This document shows, one piece after another, positions 36,067-46,390 of a stretch of 64,000 nucleotides of DNA; within the stretch, counting starts at the first letter, position 1, and each line of letters begins with the position of its first letter. Source of the DNA: an uncultured Actinomycetota bacterium (GTDB lineage: Bacteria > Actinomycetota > Actinomycetes > JAHEKZ01); NCBI GenBank assembly GCA_963718235.1, contig CAVQYR010000001.1, forward strand, positions 192,001-256,000, in the 5' to 3' direction. A model generated the notes under the pieces. It saw nothing but the letters and a program-made list of their open reading frames with translations, made no database searches and was not told where the DNA came from. A program made the translations under genes and the position numbers.

Positions 36067-37182
36067 GTGCCCACCACGCTGACCGTGCGACCCATCGCGC
36101 GCGACGAGCATCTGGCCTTCGTCGTCGACTCGAGTGGGTCGTTCCTGCAGACACCGGCCTGGGGCGAGGTCAAGGCCGACTGGCGGCACGAGAGCATCGG
36201 CTGGTTCGACGGCGACCACCTCGTCGGCGCGGCGCTGGTGCTCTACCGGCGCACACCGGCGGTCGAGCGGTACCTGGCCTACCTTCCCGAGGGGCCGGTC
36301 ATCGACTGGGAACGACACGGCGCTTCCACCGTCACCACACCCCTGCTCGAGCACCTCAAGCGCAGCAAGGCCTTCACGGTCAAGATCGGCCCGCAGCTCG
36401 TGACCCGCCGCTGGTCGGCCCAGACGATCAAGACCGCGATCGCCGACGGTGCGCTGCGGTTGGGTGACGTGCCCGCCGACGCCACCGACACTGCGGCGCA
36501 GGATGTCGGCGAGCAGCTGAGGCTGTTGGGCTGGCACCGAGACGACGCGGGCGGTGCCGGGTTCGGCGACCTCCAGCCCCGATACGTCTTCCAGGTCCCC
36601 CTGACCGACCGCACCAACGACGACCTGTTCAGCGGCTTCAACCAGCTGTGGCGCCGCAACGTGCGCAAGGCCGAGAAGTCCGGTGTGGTCGTCGAGCGGG
36701 GCGGGTACGACGACCTCGCCGCCTTCCACGAGGTCTATGCCGTCACCGCTCGACGAGACGGGTTCACCGCGCGGCCCCTCAGCTACTTCCAGCGCATGTG
36801 GCAGGCCATGACCGCCGAGGACGACGACCGGATCCGCCTCTACCTCGCCACCCACGACGACGAGGTGCTCGCGGCCACCACCTGGGTGCGGGTCGGGGCG
36901 CACGTCTGGTACTCCTACGGCGCGTCCGCCGACCACAAGCGCGAGCTGCGCCCGAGCAACGCGGTTCAGTGGCGCATGCTCGTGGATGCCCAGGAGGCGG
37001 GTGCCCGGGTGTACGACCTGCGCGGCATCTCCGACGCCCTCGCTGAGAGCGACCCCCTGTTCGGGCTCATCCGGTTCAAGCTCGGCACCGGTGGGGAGGC
37101 CGTGGAGTACCTCGGCGAGTGGGACTACCCGTTGAACCCCTTGCTGCACAAGGCCTTCCAGCTCTACCTGGCCCGCAGGTGA
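36067..37182 (+). CDS. femX: FemABX-family peptidoglycan bridge aminoacyl transferase
   Basis: SFLQTPAWGEVK, QPRYVFQV, WRRNVRKA, YSYGAS, YDLRG, GLIRFKLG. Confidence 0.9.
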   Translation: MPTTLTVRPIARDEHLAFVVDSSGSFLQTPAWGEVKADWRHESIGWFDGDHLVGAALVLYRRTPAVERYLAYLPEGPVIDWERHGASTVTTPLLEHLKRSKAFTVKIGPQLVTRRWSAQTIKTAIADGALRLGDVPADATDTAAQDVGEQLRLLGWHRDDAGGAGFGDLQPRYVFQVPLTDRTNDDLFSGFNQLWRRNVRKAEKSGVVVERGGYDDLAAFHEVYAVTARRDGFTARPLSYFQRMWQAMTAEDDDRIRLYLATHDDEVLAATTWVRVGAHVWYSYGASADHKRELRPSNAVQWRMLVDAQEAGARVYDLRGISDALAESDPLFGLIRFKLGTGGEAVEYLGEWDYPLNPLLHKAFQLYLARR

Positions 37183-37186
37183 CCCG

Positions 37187-38224
37187 ATGACCTTCTCGCT
37201 GTACGTCGATGCGGCCGACTGGCGCTCCCACACCGAACGGGTCCGCGACGCGGTGCCTGGACTCGTCCCCGTCGCCAAGGGCAACGGCTACGGGTTCGGC
37301 ATGCAGCTGCTGGCCGACCAGTGCGCGCGGCTCGGTGTGGACACCATGGCCGTGGGCACCATGCCGGAGGTCGAGCTCGTCCACGACGGGTTCGCCGGCG
37401 ACGTGCTCGTGCTCACCCCGTGGCAACCGATCATCGACGCTCCGCCACCTCTCGACGACCGGCTGATCCTGACGCTGGGCCACGTCGAGGCGGTCCACGC
37501 GATGGCGGGTTCGCCCACCCGGGTCGTGGTCGAGCTCCTCACCTCGATGCGACGGTTCGGGCTCGACCACGACTCGTTCGTGGCGGCCCTTCCGACCCTG
37601 GACCAGCTTCGCCTCACCGGGTTCGCCCTTCACCTTCCTCTGGACGAGGGCGAGACCGCGCGGGTCGACGAGGTCTCGCGCTGGGTGGAGCACCTGCGCC
37701 GCCTCGACGTCGACGTGCCGACGTTGTGGGTGAGCCACCTGGGCGACGCCGAGCTGGCCACGCTTCGGCGCAGGCACCCCGGGGTCGCCTTCCGGCCGCG
37801 GATCGGCACCCGGCTGTGGCTCGGACCTCCCCGCACCTACCAGGCGCGTGGCACCGTCCTGGCCGTCCACCCCATGCGACGAGGCGACAACTTCGGCTAC
37901 CGCCAGCGCAAGGCGCCCGGTGACGGCCACCTGCTGATCGTCAGTGGTGGAACCTCCCACGGGGTCGCCCTGAGCGCTCCGCGCCCGGTGAGCGGAGTCG
38001 TGCCACGAGCCAAGGCCGCGGCCCTCGGCGGGCTCGAGGCGGCCGGCCGGGTGCTGTCGCCTTTCCACGTGGCCGGCAAGCGGCGCTGGTTCGGTGAGCC
38101 ACCACACATGCAGGTGTCGATGGTGCTCCTGCCCGGTGAGGTCACGCCGCCGCTCGTCGGCGACGAGCTCGACGTCGACATGCGGATGACGACGGCGTTG
38201 TTCGACCGGGTCGTGCTGCAGTAG
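37187..38224 (+). CDS. Alanine racemase domain (PLP fold III) protein
   Basis: VPVAKGNGYGFG with PLP Lys, RFG, RIGTRLW, FGY. Confidence 0.82.
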   Translation: MTFSLYVDAADWRSHTERVRDAVPGLVPVAKGNGYGFGMQLLADQCARLGVDTMAVGTMPEVELVHDGFAGDVLVLTPWQPIIDAPPPLDDRLILTLGHVEAVHAMAGSPTRVVVELLTSMRRFGLDHDSFVAALPTLDQLRLTGFALHLPLDEGETARVDEVSRWVEHLRRLDVDVPTLWVSHLGDAELATLRRRHPGVAFRPRIGTRLWLGPPRTYQARGTVLAVHPMRRGDNFGYRQRKAPGDGHLLIVSGGTSHGVALSAPRPVSGVVPRAKAAALGGLEAAGRVLSPFHVAGKRRWFGEPPHMQVSMVLLPGEVTPPLVGDELDVDMRMTTALFDRVVLQ

Positions 38225-38282
38225 GCGGTAGCCGAGCGACGTCCGATCCAGCAGCATGAGAACCCGTGCACCGGAGGTCAGC

Positions 38283-39230
38283 ATGACGGGACACTCGATC
38301 AGGCCCCTGCGCACCGACGACGCCGCTGCGGCCGCCTCACTGGTCAACGCGGTCAACCAGCACTTCCGTGGCCAGGACCTGTTCACGACCGAGGAGTTCA
38401 GGGCGGTCCTGGAGTTCCCCAGCACTGTTCCGGAACGAGACGGCCGCTGGTCGGTCGACGCACAGGGAGTGCCCCGCGGACTGGTCGCCGTGGTGACCTC
38501 AGAACCCTGGACGACGGCCCAGATGCACCTGTCGGTGCTGCCCGGTGACGACCGTCGGGAGGTGACCGAACAGCTCCTGACCGTCGGCATCGACCTGACG
38601 CGTAGTCGACCCGAGCTGCTGCCCGGCGCCGTGCTCGAGGCCGAGGGTGTCCCGCGCGAGGACGACGTGGTGCGGACGGCACTGGCTGCCCGCGGCTTCC
38701 ACATGGCCCGCGAGACGGCCGAGATGTGCCGCCCGCTCACCGACCTTCCGGCCGTCATCTGGCCGAGCGGGGTCTCCGCGGAGGTGCTGCGGGTCGACGA
38801 CCTCGACCAGCTCACGGCTGCCGCCGAGGTGAGCCGGGAGGGGTTCGCCGACCACGACGGCGACTACGTCCTGCCCGTCGAGGACTTCGTGCACATGGTG
38901 CGGTCGATGCCGAGCGCGCGCGCCGACCTGTCCCTGCTCGCGTCGGACGGGTCGGGCCCGGTCGGCCTGGCGCTGAGCTTCAGCTCCCTGGACACCGAAC
39001 CCACCGGCTACGTCGGGACGCTCGCGGTGGTCCGTCGGGCTCGTGGCCGTGGCGTGGCCAGGGCCCTCCTGGCCGAGTCGTTCCACCGGTTCGCCGACCA
39101 GGGCTGGGAGGCCGCCAAGCTGCACGTGCAGCTCGGCAACCGAACCGGAGCCGACCGGCTCTACCGCAGCGTCGGCATGGAGCCCGGAGCCGTCGACGAG
39201 ACCTGGGCGGTGCCGCTCGCCTCACTGTGA
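38283..39230 (+). CDS. GNAT family N-acetyltransferase (two-domain)
   Basis: GGAGG RBS; VRRARGRGVARALL, ADRLYRSVGM. Confidence 0.85.
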   Translation: MTGHSIRPLRTDDAAAAASLVNAVNQHFRGQDLFTTEEFRAVLEFPSTVPERDGRWSVDAQGVPRGLVAVVTSEPWTTAQMHLSVLPGDDRREVTEQLLTVGIDLTRSRPELLPGAVLEAEGVPREDDVVRTALAARGFHMARETAEMCRPLTDLPAVIWPSGVSAEVLRVDDLDQLTAAAEVSREGFADHDGDYVLPVEDFVHMVRSMPSARADLSLLASDGSGPVGLALSFSSLDTEPTGYVGTLAVVRRARGRGVARALLAESFHRFADQGWEAAKLHVQLGNRTGADRLYRSVGMEPGAVDETWAVPLASL

Positions 39231-40675
39231 CGTCCCGGGCGCCGCCCCCTCGCGTGACCGCCCTGGGCGGGCCGGGCCCTGCGGTCCGGGGCACCGTCGA
39301 GCACCCCACCCGCGGGGTCGTCGTCGCCGTCGGCCCGCACCGGGTCGTGCCGCGGCCACCAGATGTCGCGGATCACGAGTCCGGCGAACGCCGTCGTGGC
39401 GACCACGTGCACGAGCACCGCGACGTAGTACGTCGGCTCCGGAAGCGCGCGGTCGGGATCGGTGAACCCGTGGATGTACCACCAGACGGCGAAGAAGTAG
39501 AGCACCTCGGCGCCCTGCCACCACAGGAAGTCCCGCCACCGCGGCCTGGCGAGGACGGCGAAGGGGATCAGCCACAGCACGTACTGCGGCGAGTAGACCT
39601 TGTTCGTGACGAGGAACGCGGCCAGGACGAGGAAGGCGACCTGCGCGAAACGTGGGCGCCGGGGTGCCGCGAGCACGAGGAGGGCGATCCCGAAGCAGAG
39701 CACCGCCAGCAGCTGGGCGCCCCACGCGTTGACCCGAGTGACGTCGGAGAGGTCGACCCCCTGTCCGCCCAGGACGAGCCAGATCGACCCGAAGTCGGCC
39801 CCTCGGTCCCGTGACAGCACGTAGAACCTCGACCAGGCGTCGAAGTCGGCGAGCATGACCGGGAGGTTGACCGCCGCCCAGCTGGCGACGGTTCCGGCCA
39901 GGACCAGGCCGAACGCGCGCAGCTTGCCGGCCCGGAAGCACAGCAGGAGCAGCGGACCGAGCAGCAGCAGAGGGTAGAACTTCGTGGCGGCGGCCAGACC
40001 GAACAGCAACCCGGCGGCGAACGGGTGCCGGCGCGCCCACAGGAGCACTCCCAGCGAGGTCAGGGCAACGGCCCACAGGTCCCAGTTCAAGGTGGCGGTC
40101 AGGACCAGCCCCGGGGCCACCGCGACCATCACGGCGTCCCACACCCGTCGTCGGGCCACCAGCGCCGTCGCCCACACCGTGACCATGGCGAGCACGAGCG
40201 CCGCCGCGGCGTTGACGTCGTAGTACAGGCGTCCACGGTCGCTCGGGGCCCAGGTGCTCGGCACCGGCAGCGAGGTGACCCACATGGCGAGCCCGGTGAG
40301 CACCGGGTACTCGACCGGCTCGGCCGAGGTGCCAGTGGTGTCGCTGAAGTACGGGACCAGCCCGTCGGCGAGGCCGCGCCCCCAGTACAGGTGCACGATG
40401 TCGCTGTAACAGGCATGGGTGTACTGCTTGGTCCCGTCGCCCCAGGCAGTCTTGCGGCAGGGCTGGTCGGCCAGGACACCCAGCAGGCTGGTGAGCACGA
40501 CCAGGACGAGGGCCACCCGGATCGGCGTCCACCACGTGCGACCCACGACCGCCCGGCGTCCGACCGGTCCGCCGATGAGCTGGCTGGCCGACTCCACGAC
40601 CGGGTCGTCGTGGCTGGGCAGGACCCAGGGCGGCTCCGGGCGGTCGGCGGTCACCCCGTCATCCTGCCCCGTCAT
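39161..40675 (-). CDS. Glycosyltransferase family 87 (DUF2029) membrane protein
   Basis: HACYSDI, VEYPVLTG, NWDL, KFYP, NKVYSPQYVLWL. Confidence 0.87.
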   Translation of the reverse strand: MTGQDDGVTADRPEPPWVLPSHDDPVVESASQLIGGPVGRRAVVGRTWWTPIRVALVLVVLTSLLGVLADQPCRKTAWGDGTKQYTHACYSDIVHLYWGRGLADGLVPYFSDTTGTSAEPVEYPVLTGLAMWVTSLPVPSTWAPSDRGRLYYDVNAAAALVLAMVTVWATALVARRRVWDAVMVAVAPGLVLTATLNWDLWAVALTSLGVLLWARRHPFAAGLLFGLAAATKFYPLLLLGPLLLLCFRAGKLRAFGLVLAGTVASWAAVNLPVMLADFDAWSRFYVLSRDRGADFGSIWLVLGGQGVDLSDVTRVNAWGAQLLAVLCFGIALLVLAAPRRPRFAQVAFLVLAAFLVTNKVYSPQYVLWLIPFAVLARPRWRDFLWWQGAEVLYFFAVWWYIHGFTDPDRALPEPTYYVAVLVHVVATTAFAGLVIRDIWWPRHDPVRADGDDDPAGGVLDGAPDRRARPAQGGHARGRRPGRHSEASGTAQVSSTAPGSMPTLR

Positions 40676-42759
40676 CCTCTCCGGGCGCCCTCACGCGTCA
40701 CAGTGACCGTCGGGGACGGGCTCGGCGACGACGTGGTGGGAGTCGGGCTCGGCGACGACGTCGTGGGAGTCGGGCTCGGCGACGACGTGGTGGGGGTCGG
40801 GCTCGGCGACGACGTGGTGGGGGTCGGGCTCGGCGACTTGCTCGGGGACCGGGTAGCGGTGGTCACCGGCGTGGGTGCGGCCGGGAAGGGCAGCACCGGC
40901 TCCCCCTCGAGGGCTCCGGTCATGTAGGCGGCCCAGATCCGGGTCGGGTACTCGGCCCCGGTGAAGACGTCCATGCCGCCCACGCCGTTCAGCGGCGCCT
41001 GCGGGTCGCTCTTCAGGTCGCGGTAGAACATCACCGCCGTCGACAGCTGGGGGGTGTAGCCGACGAACCAGGCGGTCAGTCCCTCGTGGTTGCCCGTCTT
41101 GCCCGCGGCCGGCCGGCCCAGGGCCTGCGCGTTGTAGCCGGTTCCGTTGGAGACGACCTGGGCCAGGCCCGACGTCACCTCGTTGGCGATGTCCGAGGAG
41201 AACGCGTCGACGAACGTGGGGTCCGCGGAGTACAGCACCTCGCCGCTGGCCGAGCGCACCTCCTGCACGCTGTACGGGTCGACCTGCTGGCCCTGGGCGG
41301 CGAAGGTCCCGTAGGCGCCCGCCATCTGGACCGGTGAGGCAGCCACCGGGCCGATGGTCACGAACGGCACCGCCGACAGGTCCAAGGCGTCATCGGGAAT
41401 CCCGGCGGCGACAGCGGCGTCCACGGCGTTCTGCGGCCCCATCTCGACGGCCAGGTTGACGAACGCGGTGTTCACCGAGTTCTCCAGGGCGTACAGCAGG
41501 GGGATCTCACTGCCGTAGCTGGCACCCCCCTGGTTGTAGACGAGGGTCGACGTGCCCGGGATGGTGTACGGGGAGTTGCCGGCGAAGGTGTCCGCGTAGG
41601 TGTACCCGTCCTCCAGGGCCGCGGCCAGGGTGAACGCCTTGAACGTCGAGCCGACCGGCTGCTCGGCCGTCGCGTTGTTGACGAACCGCTTCAGGTAGTC
41701 CTCGCCGCCGTACATCGCCCGCAGCGCACCCGTGCCCGGCTCCACCGACGCCAGCCCGGCCTGGACCCCCTTGACGTCGTACGTCGGGAAGTTGTCCTCG
41801 ACCGCGGCGACCGCCGACTCCTGCGCCTGCTTGTCGAACGTCGTGACGACGGTGAGCCCGCCAGTGTCCAGCCGCTGGTCGCTGAAGCCGAGGTCGTTGA
41901 GCTCGCCCTCGACGTACGACATGAGGTAGCCGTCGGTGCCGTCGAAGGAGTTGCGCGACGTCGGGTCCTCGACCTTGGGCATCCGCGCGGCGTCAGCCTG
42001 CTCCTGGGTGAGCCATCCCTCGGTCACCATGCCCGGAATCACGTAGTCGAGCACCCGCGACTTGAGCGCCGCCTTGGCCTCCTTGCCCTCGGCGGGGTCG
42101 TAGGCGCTGGGCGCGCGGATCAGGGCGGCGAGCACGGCACCCTGCTCGACGCTGAGCTCGGACGCTGGCACATCGAAGTAGGCCTGGCTGGCGGCCTCGA
42201 TGCCGTAGGCACCGCGCCCGAAGTAGATCGTGTTGAGGTAGTCCTCCAGGATCTGCTCCTTGCTCAGCTCGCGGTCGAGCTTGAGCGCGACGATCAGCTC
42301 CTTGACCTTGCGCGACCAGGTGCGGTCCTGGGTCAGGAAGGCGTTGCGCGCGTACTGCTGGGTGATCGTCGAGCCACCCTGGGTGTCCCCCCCGGTGAGG
42401 TTGTTCCAGACCGCACGCCCGATACCGGGCACCGAGATGCCCCGGTTGTCGTAGAAGGAGCGGTCCTCGGCTGCGAGGACCGCGTCCTGGACGTGTTGGG
42501 GAACCTCCGACAACGGGATCGACTGGCGGTTCACCTCGGCGAACGTGCCGAGCTCACGCTTGCCGTCGTCGTAGTAGACGGTGGTGCTCTCCGCCAGCGC
42601 GAGGTCGTTGGGCGCTGGGACGTCGATGGCGATGTACAGGACGACGAAGACCGTGACCAGCGCCATCGCGCCGGCGCCGAAGACGAGAAGCCACTGACGC
42701 CAGGAGGGCAGGAACCGCCGCCACCCGCGCTTGCCGCTGCGGGGATAGTCGATGCCCAC
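40672..42759 (-). CDS. ponA: Class A penicillin-binding protein (transglycosylase/transpeptidase)
   Basis: EDRSFY, GGSTITQQ, YLNTIYFG; STFK, SVN, KTG. Confidence 0.93.
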   Translation of the reverse strand: MGIDYPRSGKRGWRRFLPSWRQWLLVFGAGAMALVTVFVVLYIAIDVPAPNDLALAESTTVYYDDGKRELGTFAEVNRQSIPLSEVPQHVQDAVLAAEDRSFYDNRGISVPGIGRAVWNNLTGGDTQGGSTITQQYARNAFLTQDRTWSRKVKELIVALKLDRELSKEQILEDYLNTIYFGRGAYGIEAASQAYFDVPASELSVEQGAVLAALIRAPSAYDPAEGKEAKAALKSRVLDYVIPGMVTEGWLTQEQADAARMPKVEDPTSRNSFDGTDGYLMSYVEGELNDLGFSDQRLDTGGLTVVTTFDKQAQESAVAAVEDNFPTYDVKGVQAGLASVEPGTGALRAMYGGEDYLKRFVNNATAEQPVGSTFKAFTLAAALEDGYTYADTFAGNSPYTIPGTSTLVYNQGGASYGSEIPLLYALENSVNTAFVNLAVEMGPQNAVDAAVAAGIPDDALDLSAVPFVTIGPVAASPVQMAGAYGTFAAQGQQVDPYSVQEVRSASGEVLYSADPTFVDAFSSDIANEVTSGLAQVVSNGTGYNAQALGRPAAGKTGNHEGLTAWFVGYTPQLSTAVMFYRDLKSDPQAPLNGVGGMDVFTGAEYPTRIWAAYMTGALEGEPVLPFPAAPTPVTTATRSPSKSPSPTPTTSSPSPTPTTSSPSPTPTTSSPSPTPTTSSPSPSPTVTVTREGARRG
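40716..40837. repeat. 27-bp tandem repeat x4 (SPSPTPTTS tail of the PBP)
   Basis: GTCGGGCTCGGCGACGACGTGGTGGGG-like unit with 27-bp period. Confidence 0.9.
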
Positions 42760-42824
42760 GGACGTCCTCTCGAGTCATGACGGGTTGCGCCGACCGACCA
42801 CCGAGCAGGGCCAGCGGGACATGC

Positions 42825-43238
42825 CTAGCAGGTCGGCGGAGCATCTCCGCGTCGGGCGCGCAGCGCAGGACGAGGCTCGCCATCACCAAGGACGAAGGAG
42901 ACCGTGAGGTGGTTCCACGAGCAGTCGGTGCACACCTCGACCACGTAGACCCGGAACTCCCCATGCTCGGTCGCCATCACCGCCAGCTCACGGGGGTGCT
43001 TGATCCGCCCCTGGTAGGGCCCGAGCTCGTCACCGTAGACGTAGTGGAGCTCGGTGAGCCGGTGCTTGCGACAGACCGGGCACGGCCGCGTGGTCAGCTC
43101 GCCATGATGCAGCGCAGCGCGCAGGAGGTAGGGGTCCGCATCGCACACGTCGGTCGTGCTCGCCGTGCCGCGGAACAGCGCCGCGAGCGTGGCGCGGCGC
43201 TGCAGGGTGTAGTCGGTGACCGACCGCCTGCCCAGCAC
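42825..43238 (-). CDS. DUF5318 family protein
   Basis: DYTLQRRA, VCDADPYLLRAA, CPVC, VYVVEVC..CSWNHL. Confidence 0.85.
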   Translation of the reverse strand: MLGRRSVTDYTLQRRATLAALFRGTASTTDVCDADPYLLRAALHHGELTTRPCPVCRKHRLTELHYVYGDELGPYQGRIKHPRELAVMATEHGEFRVYVVEVCTDCSWNHLTVSFVLGDGEPRPALRARRGDAPPTC

Positions 43239-43320
43239 TCGACCAGCCTAGGGAACGGTCGCCGGCGCGGCAGGTTTGCGTCCCGAGGGGGGTCGGGCTA
43301 TCGTCACGATCGATCGGCTG

Positions 43321-43341
43321 GATGTATCGGCTCGATACATC
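43321..43341. promoter_or_regulatory. Palindromic operator upstream of padR-ino1
   Basis: GATGTATCG-GCT-CGATACATC, perfect 9-bp arms; weaker TATCG-TCA-CGAT at 43299-43310. Confidence 0.7.
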
Positions 43342-43380
43342 GGCCAGGCAGTTCGACCCACCGATCGGACAGGGGCAGCC

Positions 43381-43992
43381 ATGAGTCGGCGCAGCGGGGT
43401 GCTCGAGCTCGCCGTCCTCGGCCTGCTCCACGAGTCGCCGATGCACGGCTATGAGCTGCGCAAGCGGCTCAACGCGCTGCTCGGCAGCTTCCGCGCCTTC
43501 AGCTACGGCTCGCTGTACCCCTGCCTGAAGCAGCTGCTCGGCCGCGGGTGGATCACCGAGTCCGACGCCGGCCCCGACGGGGCCCCTGCGTTGTCCGGGC
43601 GTCGGGCCCGGATCGTCTACCAGCTCACCGCCGAGGGCAAGGAGCGCTTTGACGAGATGCTCGCCGAGGCCGGTCCGGCCGCCTGGGAGGACGAGAGCTT
43701 CGGCGTCCACTTCGCCTTCTTCGCCCGAACCGACGCCGACACCCGGCTGAGGATCCTCGAGGGCCGACGCAGCCGGCTCGAGGAGCGTCTCGACAACGTC
43801 CGGGTCGCGGCCACGCGCACCCGCGAGCGGGTCGACAGCTACACCCTTGAACTGCAGCGCCACGGCCTGGAGTCCGTGGAGCGCGAGGTGCGATGGCTCA
43901 ACGAGCTGATCGCCACCGAGCGTGCCAGCACCCCCACGCAGCACGCCGCCCGGGCCGAACGATCCGGCGCCAATGAGAAGAACGAGGAGTAG
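43381..43992 (+). CDS. PadR family transcriptional regulator
   Basis: [29 protein letters not shown]. Confidence 0.92.
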   Translation: MSRRSGVLELAVLGLLHESPMHGYELRKRLNALLGSFRAFSYGSLYPCLKQLLGRGWITESDAGPDGAPALSGRRARIVYQLTAEGKERFDEMLAEAGPAAWEDESFGVHFAFFARTDADTRLRILEGRRSRLEERLDNVRVAATRTRERVDSYTLELQRHGLESVEREVRWLNELIATERASTPTQHAARAERSGANEKNEE

Positions 43993-43996
43993 GTCA

Positions 43997-45067
43997 ATGG
44001 GTTCGGTTCGCGTAGCCATCGCCGGCGTCGGAAACTGCGCCGCGTCGCTTGTCCAGGGCGTCGAGTACTACAAGGACGCCGACGCATCGGCGGCCGTGCC
44101 GGGGCTCATGCACGTCCAGCTCGGGGACTACCACATTAGTGACGTCTCGTTCGTGGCCGCGTTCGACGTCGACGCCAAGAAGGTCGGCCAGGACCTCGCC
44201 CACGCGATCGGTGCCAGCGAGAACAACACCATCAAGATCGCCGACGTGCCACCGACCGGGGTCATGGTCCAGCGCGGAGCGACGCTCGACGGCCTCGGCA
44301 AGTACTACCGCGAGGTCATCACCGAGTCCGACGAGGAGCCGGTCGACGTCGTCGCCGCCCTGCGCGAGGCCAAGGCCGACGTCCTCGTGTGCTACCTGCC
44401 CGTGGGGTCGGAGGACGCGGCGCGCTACTACGCCCAGGCCGCAATCGACGCCGGTGTCGGGTTCGTCAACGCGCTCCCGGTGTTCATCGCCGGCACCAAG
44501 GAGTGGGCCGACAAGTTCACCGCTGCCGGTGTGCCCATCGTCGGTGACGACATCAAGAGCCAGGTCGGCGCGACCATCACCCACCGAGTGCTCGCCAAGC
44601 TGTTCGAGGACCGGGGCGTCGTCCTCGACCGCACCATGCAGCTGAACGTCGGCGGCAACATGGACTTCATGAACATGCTCGAGCGTGAGCGACTGGAGTC
44701 CAAGAAGATCTCCAAGACCCAGGCGGTCACGTCCCAGGTCAGCCACGACCTCGGCAAGCGCAATGTGCACATCGGGCCGAGCGACTACGTCGCCTGGCTG
44801 GACGACCGCAAGTGGGCCTACGTCCGTCTCGAGGGTCGCGCGTTCGGTGACGTGCCGCTGAACCTGGAGTACAAGCTCGAGGTCTGGGACTCGCCCAACT
44901 CCGCGGGCGTCATCATCGACGCCGTCCGGTGCGCCAAGATCGCCCTCGACCGGGGCATCGGCGGCCCGATCCTCTCGGCGTCCAGCTACTTCATGAAGTC
45001 ACCGCCGGTGCAGTACCGCGACGACGAGGCCCGTCAGTCGGTCGAGGACTTCATCGCCGGTCGCTGA
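43997..45067 (+). CDS. ino1: Inositol-3-phosphate synthase
   Basis: [48 protein letters not shown]. Confidence 0.96.
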   Translation: MGSVRVAIAGVGNCAASLVQGVEYYKDADASAAVPGLMHVQLGDYHISDVSFVAAFDVDAKKVGQDLAHAIGASENNTIKIADVPPTGVMVQRGATLDGLGKYYREVITESDEEPVDVVAALREAKADVLVCYLPVGSEDAARYYAQAAIDAGVGFVNALPVFIAGTKEWADKFTAAGVPIVGDDIKSQVGATITHRVLAKLFEDRGVVLDRTMQLNVGGNMDFMNMLERERLESKKISKTQAVTSQVSHDLGKRNVHIGPSDYVAWLDDRKWAYVRLEGRAFGDVPLNLEYKLEVWDSPNSAGVIIDAVRCAKIALDRGIGGPILSASSYFMKSPPVQYRDDEARQSVEDFIAGR

Positions 45068-45108
45068 CCTGGCGCCTCGCCCGCAGGTCTCCTGGGTCGT
45101 CCACCGAT

Positions 45109-46266
45109 CTAGCCTGGCTGACGCATCCACAGGGCCACCGTCTGCGGTTCCAGGGTCGTCCCCACGACCGCGAGGAGGTCCTCGCCGACGTGGTGCGGGT
45201 CGACCTGCTGGCGCAGGCGGCTTCCGAAGGCGTCGACCGTCTGGACTGCGTCGTAGCGGGACCGGTTGAACCGACGGTCGACCACGGTCTGCACCCGCCG
45301 GAGCGCGGGTCGGGCGAGGGCTGCCACGGTGAGGGTCGCCGCTGCCACCACCAAGGGCTGCTGGGCGTCCACGAGTCGGGTGGCTGTCGCGACCAGCGCC
45401 GCGTACGTGGCCAGCAGCAGGCCGGTGACCACGGCATAGGACGTCGTCCGGCTGATGATCCGGTCGATGTCGTACAGGTGGTACCTCAGGATCGCGACGC
45501 CGAACGCGGCGGGGATCAGAAGGAACGACAGAAGCGCCGCCGCCTGCAGCGCGACCAGCCACGTCGGGTAGTCCGGCTCGAACCAGTTCGACCGGGTGCT
45601 GTCGAACTGCTGCTGGGCGTCGTAGGCGAACGAGGAGACCAGCGCTAGGCAGTACATGGCGACGATGACGATCGCGGCCGCCGCCAGCCAGCGAATCTGG
45701 GTGCGGGCCAGCGCCGAGGACCGGCGGTACCGGACGACCACCGATCCGACGCTCACCAGCAGGCTGACCGGCAACGCGACGAGCAGGACCGACAGTGGTC
45801 GCGTCCATGCGACGAAGTAGTCGTTCGCAGTCCCCTGTGACGTGACCTGGGACGCAGTCGTGACCACCACCGTCAAGACGACGATCAGCACCGTGCACCA
45901 GCGAGCGAACCACCGCCAGCGGGGCGACGGCAGTGCGCCGTCCGGGTACCGCAGCAGGAGATGAGTGCCCATCAGACCGACCGGAACGACCCAGCCGCCG
46001 TCGAACGGCAGCGAGAGCGCGGCAGCCCACGCGAGGCCGATCAGCAGGAGAAGCCGGCCCTCCACGTGGTCGGGGTAGCGGCGCAGGATCAGCCAACCCA
46101 CGGCCAGGAAGCTGATCGGGAGGGCGAGGATGACGAGCTCCCCCACCGACCGTCCACCGGCAACGACCAGCACCGGGTAGATGCCGAGGGTCACCCCCGC
46201 CAGGACGAGCAGGCCCTGGTTGAAGCGGTCAGCCGAGACGTCCGCATGACGTCGGGGCTTGGGCAT
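45109..46266 (-). CDS. Hypothetical multi-pass membrane protein
   Basis: About 9 TM segments; YPDGALPSPRWR, AILRYHLYDID, VDRRFNRSRYDA; start uncertain. Confidence 0.75.
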   Translation of the reverse strand: MPKPRRHADVSADRFNQGLLVLAGVTLGIYPVLVVAGGRSVGELVILALPISFLAVGWLILRRYPDHVEGRLLLLIGLAWAAALSLPFDGGWVVPVGLMGTHLLLRYPDGALPSPRWRWFARWCTVLIVVLTVVVTTASQVTSQGTANDYFVAWTRPLSVLLVALPVSLLVSVGSVVVRYRRSSALARTQIRWLAAAAIVIVAMYCLALVSSFAYDAQQQFDSTRSNWFEPDYPTWLVALQAAALLSFLLIPAAFGVAILRYHLYDIDRIISRTTSYAVVTGLLLATYAALVATATRLVDAQQPLVVAAATLTVAALARPALRRVQTVVDRRFNRSRYDAVQTVDAFGSRLRQQVDPHHVGEDLLAVVGTTLEPQTVALWMRQPG

Positions 46267-46390
46267 CACCGGCCAACGTCTCACCCGGTGGAGGGTCTCC
46301 GGCGCACCGTTCCGAAACCGTTACCACAGGGGAGGGCCGCTGAGCCCAGCGAGGCGGTGCTTCGGCGCCGACCACCCCTAGCCTGTCCAG

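Noticed and set aside
40716-40837. 27-bp repeats as a CRISPR array or mobile element
   Set aside because: Ordinary Ser/Pro/Thr tail of a class A PBP
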